64,000 nt of DNA from positions 27,505 to 91,504 of the forward strand of contig JBEBVF010000001.1 of NCBI GenBank assembly GCA_040392885.1, written 5' to 3'. The notes below the pieces were generated by a model. It was not told the DNA's origin. It did no database searches and worked only from the letters and a program-made list of their open reading frames with translations. This document shows positions 58,711 through 64,000 of the stretch, one piece after another. The DNA is from Paracoccus sp. (in: a-proteobacteria) (GTDB lineage Bacteria; Pseudomonadota; Alphaproteobacteria; Rhodobacterales; Rhodobacteraceae). The position numbers and the translations under genes were made by a program. Numbering within the stretch: position 1 is the stretch's first letter; the number at the start of each line of letters is the position of its first letter.

Positions 58711-59243
58711 CCGGTAACCCGCCTCGAGACTCCCTCACACTGTCTCGTTGGTGGGTGGGAGCCCGTCCTGCGCGCGAGGTCATGCGCCTCGATTTCGTGA
58801 GGCGGAAGGGCTCGACCGGGTGAGGTCCCGCGGTTCTCACCGATGGTCTCACCAAAACCGGTCGGGCCTGCGATTTCCGCCACCTGATCGAGGCGCATCG
58901 AGGACGCATTGCGAGTCGTGACAGACAAGACAGTGCTGGTGCCGCCCCAGGAAACAGGAGAGGCGAGCCCCGCCCGGCAACCGGCCGGCATGGCACGGTG
59001 ATCCTGCGGGTCACGAATCTCCCGGGCAGGGCGGTGATGACCACTCGCCGTCAAGAAACACCCCGGAGCGGATTGCCAAGTAATTGACGGCATTACAAAG
59101 GCAGAATTGATCGCGGGAATGATCCGCAGCCGCCCCATCCGCAGCACTGAAGAAATTTTCTCTTCCGCATCATGTCCTTCTGACGCGGAGGCGGGACATC
59201 CTTTACGCCGGGCTCAGGCTTTGCTTGACTCGTTGATGGCCGT

Positions 59244-59255
59244 TTTGCATACAAA
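59244..59255. promoter_or_regulatory. Candidate GntR/FadR-type operator upstream of the second ABC operon
   Basis: TTTGCATACAAA near-palindrome, about 120 bp upstream of the start codon. Confidence 0.4.
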
Positions 59256-59373
59256 TAGTATTCTGGACGGATGGCAGATTGCGGGATGCCCATTCCCCCG
59301 CATAGGCTGCTGGTTGCGCATTCAACGAGACAAGATCCCGCAAGAAGGATCGCCCATCAACATGGAGATTCCG

Positions 59374-61113
59374 ATGAAGCTTCCCAGAGACGTTGCCCTC
59401 GTGACGGCCGCCCTGGCGGCGGCGCTGACGCTGGCCGGTGCCGCCAGCGCCCAGGAGCCGCAGACGGGCGGGGTGCTGCGCATCCTCGCCACGGGCGAGC
59501 CCGACCACATGGACCCGACCAGCGCGGGCATGGTCAACACCAACAACTACATGCGGGCGGTGTCGCGCCAGCTGGTCAGCTATGCGGCCTCGAACGATGC
59601 CGAGGTGGCGCTGGCCCCCGTCGGCGACCTCGCGACGGAGGTGCCCCAGCCTTCGGCGGACGGGCTGAGCTATACCTTCACCCTGCGGCAGGGGGCGATG
59701 TGGAATGCGCCCTCGGGGCCGCGCCAGATCACCTCGACCGATGTCGAGCGCGGCATCAAGCGCATGTGCAACCCGGTGCTCGGCTCGCCCATGCAGACCT
59801 ATTTCACCTCGCTGATCGAGGGCATGGCAGAGTTCTGCGACGGCTTTGCCAAGGTCGATGCCGATGCCGGCGCGATCAAGGCCTATATCGAGGAGAACGA
59901 CATCCCCGGCATCACCCAGCCCGACGATGCCACCGTGACCTTCCAGCTCAAGGAGCGGGCCGGCGACTTCATCTACATGCTGTCGCTGGTCAATTCCTCG
60001 CCCGAGCCGGTCGAGGCGCTGGACTACATGCCCGACAGCCCGGAATACCGCGCCAACTATATTTCCAGTGGTCCCTATACCATCGGGGAATATGTGCCTG
60101 ATACCGTCATCCGGCTGGTGCGCAACCCCGCCTGGGCCCCCGAATCCGACCCGGTCCGCAAGGCCTATGTCGACGAGATCGAGATCACCATGGGCCTTCA
60201 GGCCGATGCGATCATGCAACAGTTGCAGTCGGGCGATGCCGATCTGGCCTATGACATCAACATCCCGACCGCGATCCTCGCCATGCTGCAGGCCACCGGC
60301 GACGAAAAGCTGGTCCCGATCTCGGCCGGCAACACCAACTTCCTGTTCATCAACACGGTCTCGGACAACAACAACGGCGCGCTGAAGGACCTGCGCGTGC
60401 GTCAGGCCCTGGCCTATGCGGTGGACAAGGCCGCCATCGTCCAGCAATGGGGCGGCCCGGCCGTGGCCGAGCCGGTGGGCGGCATCTTCGGCCTCGGGGT
60501 CCTGGGGCATCACGACTTCGACCCCTATCCCAGCCCTGATTCCAAGGGCGACCCGGAAAAGGCCAAGGCGCTGCTGGCCGAGGCCGGTTTTCCCGACGGC
60601 ATCACCCTGAAGATGCCCTATCGCAACAAGGATCTGGAGGTGGCGACGGCGCAGACGCTCCAGGCCAGCCTGGCCCGCGCCGGCATCACGGTCGAGCTGA
60701 TCCCGGTCACCGCGGCGGATTACTATTCCAAGTTCATGACCAACCAGGCCAATACCCGCGACGGGGTCTGGGACATCGCGCCGGTCGGCTGGACGCCGGA
60801 CTGGGTGGGCGGGGCCGCGCGCTCGGTCTTCCAGCCGCAATTCACCTTCGACGGCACGCACCAGACCTACAATTACACCGACTACAACAACGACGAGGCC
60901 AACCGGATCGCCACCGAGGCCATCAACGCCACCACGCCCGAGGACACCGCGCGCCTCTGGGCCCAGGTCGACGAGCTGGTCATGGCCGATGTTCCGGTCG
61001 TGCCGCTGATCGCCAACAAGAACCCGCGCTATCATGGCGCGGCGGTGCAGAACTACCAGATCTTCGCGCTTGGCGTGGAAGGCGACTGGACGAATATCTG
61101 GATCGACCGCTGA
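59374..61113 (+). CDS. Oligopeptide-type ABC substrate-binding protein (family 5)
   Basis: Signal peptide, EPDHMDP, SADGLSYTFTLR, SSGPY, VRQALAYAVDK, GWTPDW. Confidence 0.9.
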   Translation: MKLPRDVALVTAALAAALTLAGAASAQEPQTGGVLRILATGEPDHMDPTSAGMVNTNNYMRAVSRQLVSYAASNDAEVALAPVGDLATEVPQPSADGLSYTFTLRQGAMWNAPSGPRQITSTDVERGIKRMCNPVLGSPMQTYFTSLIEGMAEFCDGFAKVDADAGAIKAYIEENDIPGITQPDDATVTFQLKERAGDFIYMLSLVNSSPEPVEALDYMPDSPEYRANYISSGPYTIGEYVPDTVIRLVRNPAWAPESDPVRKAYVDEIEITMGLQADAIMQQLQSGDADLAYDINIPTAILAMLQATGDEKLVPISAGNTNFLFINTVSDNNNGALKDLRVRQALAYAVDKAAIVQQWGGPAVAEPVGGIFGLGVLGHHDFDPYPSPDSKGDPEKAKALLAEAGFPDGITLKMPYRNKDLEVATAQTLQASLARAGITVELIPVTAADYYSKFMTNQANTRDGVWDIAPVGWTPDWVGGAARSVFQPQFTFDGTHQTYNYTDYNNDEANRIATEAINATTPEDTARLWAQVDELVMADVPVVPLIANKNPRYHGAAVQNYQIFALGVEGDWTNIWIDR

Positions 61114-61204
61114 GGGTCGCTGACGGGCCGCGCCTCTGGCGTGGCCCGTCTTCCCACTGACTTTCGACGGGGCGCCCGGTCACACCAACGAGACGAGGTC
61201 CGGT

Positions 61205-63070
61205 TTGACTGTTCTCGACGTGAAGAACCTGACGGTCGACATTCCCACCGAGGACGGGGTCGTGCATGCCGTGCATGACGTGTCCTTCTCGATCGAGCCG
61301 GGGCGGCTGTTCGGCATCGCCGGCGAATCCGGCTCGGGCAAGAGCGTGCTGACCCAGGCGATCCTCGGGCTGCTGCCTGGCGCGGAGATCAGCGGCGAGG
61401 TCAATTTCGGCGGCCGCAACCTGATCGGCCTGCCCGGCGAGGCGCTGCGCCGGCTGCGCGGCAGCCAGATCGGCATGATCTTCCAGGACCCGCTGTCCAG
61501 CCTGCATCCCTATTACACCATCGGCGCGCAGATCGCCGAGGTGCTGCACATCCATCAGCGCATCGGCGCCGAGGAGGCCCGCGCCCGGGTGATCGAGATG
61601 CTGGGCAAGGTCGGCATCCCGTCGCCCGCGGACCGTTACGACGACTACCCCCACCAGTTTTCCGGCGGCATGCGCCAGCGGGTGATGATCGCCATGGCGC
61701 TGATCATGCAGCCCACGCTGCTGATCGCGGACGAGCCGACCACCGCGCTGGATGTCACGGTACAAAGCCAGATCATCGCCCTGATCGACGAGATGCGGCG
61801 AGAAATGGGCACCACCGTCATCATGATCACCCATGATCTCGGCCTGCTGTCATCCGCCGCCGACGAGGTGATGATCCTCTATGCCGGGCACCGCATGGAA
61901 TATGCCCGCGCGGCGCGCCTGTTCCGCGCCCCCGCGCATCCCTATACGGCGGGGCTGCTGCGCTCCTCGCCGGCGAATTACAGCCCCGGCGCCGATCTGC
62001 GCCCGATCCCGGGCCGGCCGCCCAGCCTGCTGCTGCGCCCCCGGGGCTGCGTCTTTGCACCCCGCTGCGCCGAGGCGCTGCCCCGATGTGCCACAAACCC
62101 GCCACCGCTGAACATCTATGAGGACGGCACGCAATCGCTGTGCTGGCTGGCCGGCGGCACCCGCCCGCCCCGGACCCCGGCCGCCGCCCCGGCGCCTGCC
62201 GCCGCCGCCCCGGCAGCAGAGCCGGCCGGCGACTCTGTGCCGATGGCCGAGTTGCGGGACCTGCGCCTGACCTATCGGCTGCGCAGCTTCATGGGCAAGG
62301 CCCGCACGCATGAGGTGCTGAAAGGCATCAACCTGACCATCCGCAAGGGCGAGACCGTGGGTCTGGTCGGTGAAAGCGGCTGCGGCAAATCCACCACGGC
62401 GCGGGTGCTGGCCGGGCTGGTCGCGCCCAGCGGCGGCTCGGTCACGCTGATGGGACGGGACATGGCCAGGCTGTCGCGGGCCGAGTGGCGGACGATGCGC
62501 CGCCAGGTGCAGGTGGTGTTCCAGGACCCGTTCGGCTCGCTCAATCCGCGGCGGCGGGTCGGTGCGATCATCGGCGACCCGTTCCGCCTGCACGGTATCG
62601 CCCGCGGCGCCGCCCGGCGCGAGAAGGTGCGCGAGCTGATGGAGCTGGTGGGCCTCAACCCCGAGCATTACAACCGCTTCCCCTCCGAGTTCTCGGGCGG
62701 ACAGCGCCAGCGCATCGGCATTGCGCGCGCCTTGGCGCTGAACCCGGCCATGATCATCTGCGACGAGCCGGTCTCGGCGCTGGACGTGTCGATCCAGGCG
62801 CAGGTCCTGAACCTGCTGCGCCGGCTGCAACGCGACCTGCAACTGACCTATCTGTTCATCAGCCACGACCTTTCGGTGGTGCGCCATGTCTGCGACCGCA
62901 TCGCGGTGATGCAGGGCGGGCAGATCGTCGAACTGGCCACGACCGAGGCGCTGTTTGCCGCCCCGCAGCACCCCTATACCCGCACGCTGCTGGCCGCCTC
63001 GAAATCGCCGCCGGCGATCCTGGAGACCGCGCCGCGCGTGCCCGTCGCCCAATGGGAGGCAAGCCCATGA
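61205..63070 (+). CDS. Dpp/Opp ABC ATPase, fused double NBD
   Basis: GESGSGKS, FSGGMRQR, GESGCGKS, FSGGQRQR; TTG start. Confidence 0.92.
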   Translation: MTVLDVKNLTVDIPTEDGVVHAVHDVSFSIEPGRLFGIAGESGSGKSVLTQAILGLLPGAEISGEVNFGGRNLIGLPGEALRRLRGSQIGMIFQDPLSSLHPYYTIGAQIAEVLHIHQRIGAEEARARVIEMLGKVGIPSPADRYDDYPHQFSGGMRQRVMIAMALIMQPTLLIADEPTTALDVTVQSQIIALIDEMRREMGTTVIMITHDLGLLSSAADEVMILYAGHRMEYARAARLFRAPAHPYTAGLLRSSPANYSPGADLRPIPGRPPSLLLRPRGCVFAPRCAEALPRCATNPPPLNIYEDGTQSLCWLAGGTRPPRTPAAAPAPAAAAPAAEPAGDSVPMAELRDLRLTYRLRSFMGKARTHEVLKGINLTIRKGETVGLVGESGCGKSTTARVLAGLVAPSGGSVTLMGRDMARLSRAEWRTMRRQVQVVFQDPFGSLNPRRRVGAIIGDPFRLHGIARGAARREKVRELMELVGLNPEHYNRFPSEFSGGQRQRIGIARALALNPAMIICDEPVSALDVSIQAQVLNLLRRLQRDLQLTYLFISHDLSVVRHVCDRIAVMQGGQIVELATTEALFAAPQHPYTRTLLAASKSPPAILETAPRVPVAQWEASP

Positions 63071-64000
63071 CCGACACGAGCCCGGACCGCGAGACCGAAG
63101 AACCGGCCTCCGGCGTCGTCGCCCGCGATTCCCTCGACCTGACGCTGCGCCGGTTGCGGCGCGACCCGGCGGCGGTGGCGGCGGTGCTGGTCATCCTCGG
63201 TGTCATCGCCCTGGCGGTGCTGGCGCCGCAGATCGCCGCGCTGACCGGCCATTCCGCCATCGAGCAGTTCCGCGAAACCGGCATGAGCCCGACCGGCCTG
63301 CCGGTCGGCCCGAACGGCGAATTCTGGCTGGGTGCCGACCAGTTGGGCCGCGACGTGCTGGTGCGGCTGGCCTATGGCGCGCGGATCTCGCTGCTGGCAG
63401 GGGTGGCGGCGGCGCTGCTGGCCTCCTGCATCGCGGTCATCGTCGGCGTCACCGCGGGTTATCTGGGCGGCTGGGTGGACACGCTGCTCAGCCGGCTCAT
63501 CGACCTGGTGATGAGCGTGCCCTTCCTGCTTTGCGCGCTGGCACTGGTCTCGGTCCTGGGGCCCAGCCTGATGCTGAGTGTGCTGGTCATCGTGTTCTTT
63601 TCCTGGGCGGCGATGGGGCGGGTGATCCGCGCGCAGGTCATCTCGCTCTCGCGGATGGAGTTCGTGCAGGCCAGCCGTTCGCTGGGGGCGGGGCCACTGT
63701 CGATCATGGCGGTCGACATCCTGCCCAATCTGGCGGTGCCGATCATCGTCTATACTACCATGCTGATCCCCAATGCGATCGTGTTCGAGGCCACGCTGTC
63801 CTTCCTCGGCATGGGGATCGTGCCGCCGACGCCCAGCTGGGGCGGCATGCTGGCCGATGCCTCATCGAACTCGCTCTATCTGGTGGCCTGGTGGCTGGTG
63901 TTCTTTCCGGGTCTGGCGCTGCTGCTGACCACGCTGGCCTTCAACATCCTCGGCGACAGCCTGCGCGATGCGCTGGACCCCAAGAGCCGGCGCCGGGCCC
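63067..64000 (+). CDS. Dpp/Opp ABC permease (DppC-like), runs off the window
   Basis: WLGADQLGRD, EFVQASRSLGA, LSFLGMG, SWGGML, GDSLRDALDPK. Confidence 0.9.
   Translation, partial: MTDTSPDRETEEPASGVVARDSLDLTLRRLRRDPAAVAAVLVILGVIALAVLAPQIAALTGHSAIEQFRETGMSPTGLPVGPNGEFWLGADQLGRDVLVRLAYGARISLLAGVAAALLASCIAVIVGVTAGYLGGWVDTLLSRLIDLVMSVPFLLCALALVSVLGPSLMLSVLVIVFFSWAAMGRVIRAQVISLSRMEFVQASRSLGAGPLSIMAVDILPNLAVPIIVYTTMLIPNAIVFEATLSFLGMGIVPPTPSWGGMLADASSNSLYLVAWWLVFFPGLALLLTTLAFNILGDSLRDALDPKSRRRA

Noticed and set aside
58835-58885. Fluoride or other common riboswitch (gatggtctcacc...)
   Set aside because: The conserved 3' UGAUGAC..CUAC half is absent; TPP, FMN, cobalamin, c-di-GMP and guanidine cores did not match by eye

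Overview
High-GC alphaproteobacterial chromosome, most consistent with Rhodobacteraceae/Paracoccaceae (cycA-ctaD tandem, tmk-holB-TatD-MBL order). 1-22.9 kb is mostly core genes: L,D-transpeptidase end, Anbu protease, DUF1127, ctaD, cytochrome c550/c2, lipB, tRNA-Leu(GAG), ltaE, holB/tmk/D,D-carboxypeptidase, a Pot-type ABC transporter, an FAD oxidoreductase, an MFS transporter and an Ldh-2 reductase. 23.2-44.4 kb is the standout: a 17-gene Wzy-type exopolysaccharide locus with many tailoring genes. These are three CelD/BcsL (HfsK-like) GNATs, a FemAB-like transferase, a CE4 deacetylase, a sulfotransferase, a lyase-like protein, a short DegT-type enzyme, an SDR-aminotransferase fusion and a priming transferase with a PilZ-like tail. 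I propose, as inference, that it makes a sulfated and acylated or aminoacylated holdfast-like glycan. 44.6-64 kb is accessory: a CoA transferase, two decayed genes, a lower-GC module (GntR, alpha/beta hydrolase, C45 amidase, Dpp ABC), MscS, a hairpin-rich non-coding element with two C(UUCG)G loops, and a second Dpp/Opp ABC system cut by the window end. No CRISPR array, rRNA or intact transposase/integrase was seen. All family calls come from motif recognition by eye; no database searches were run.
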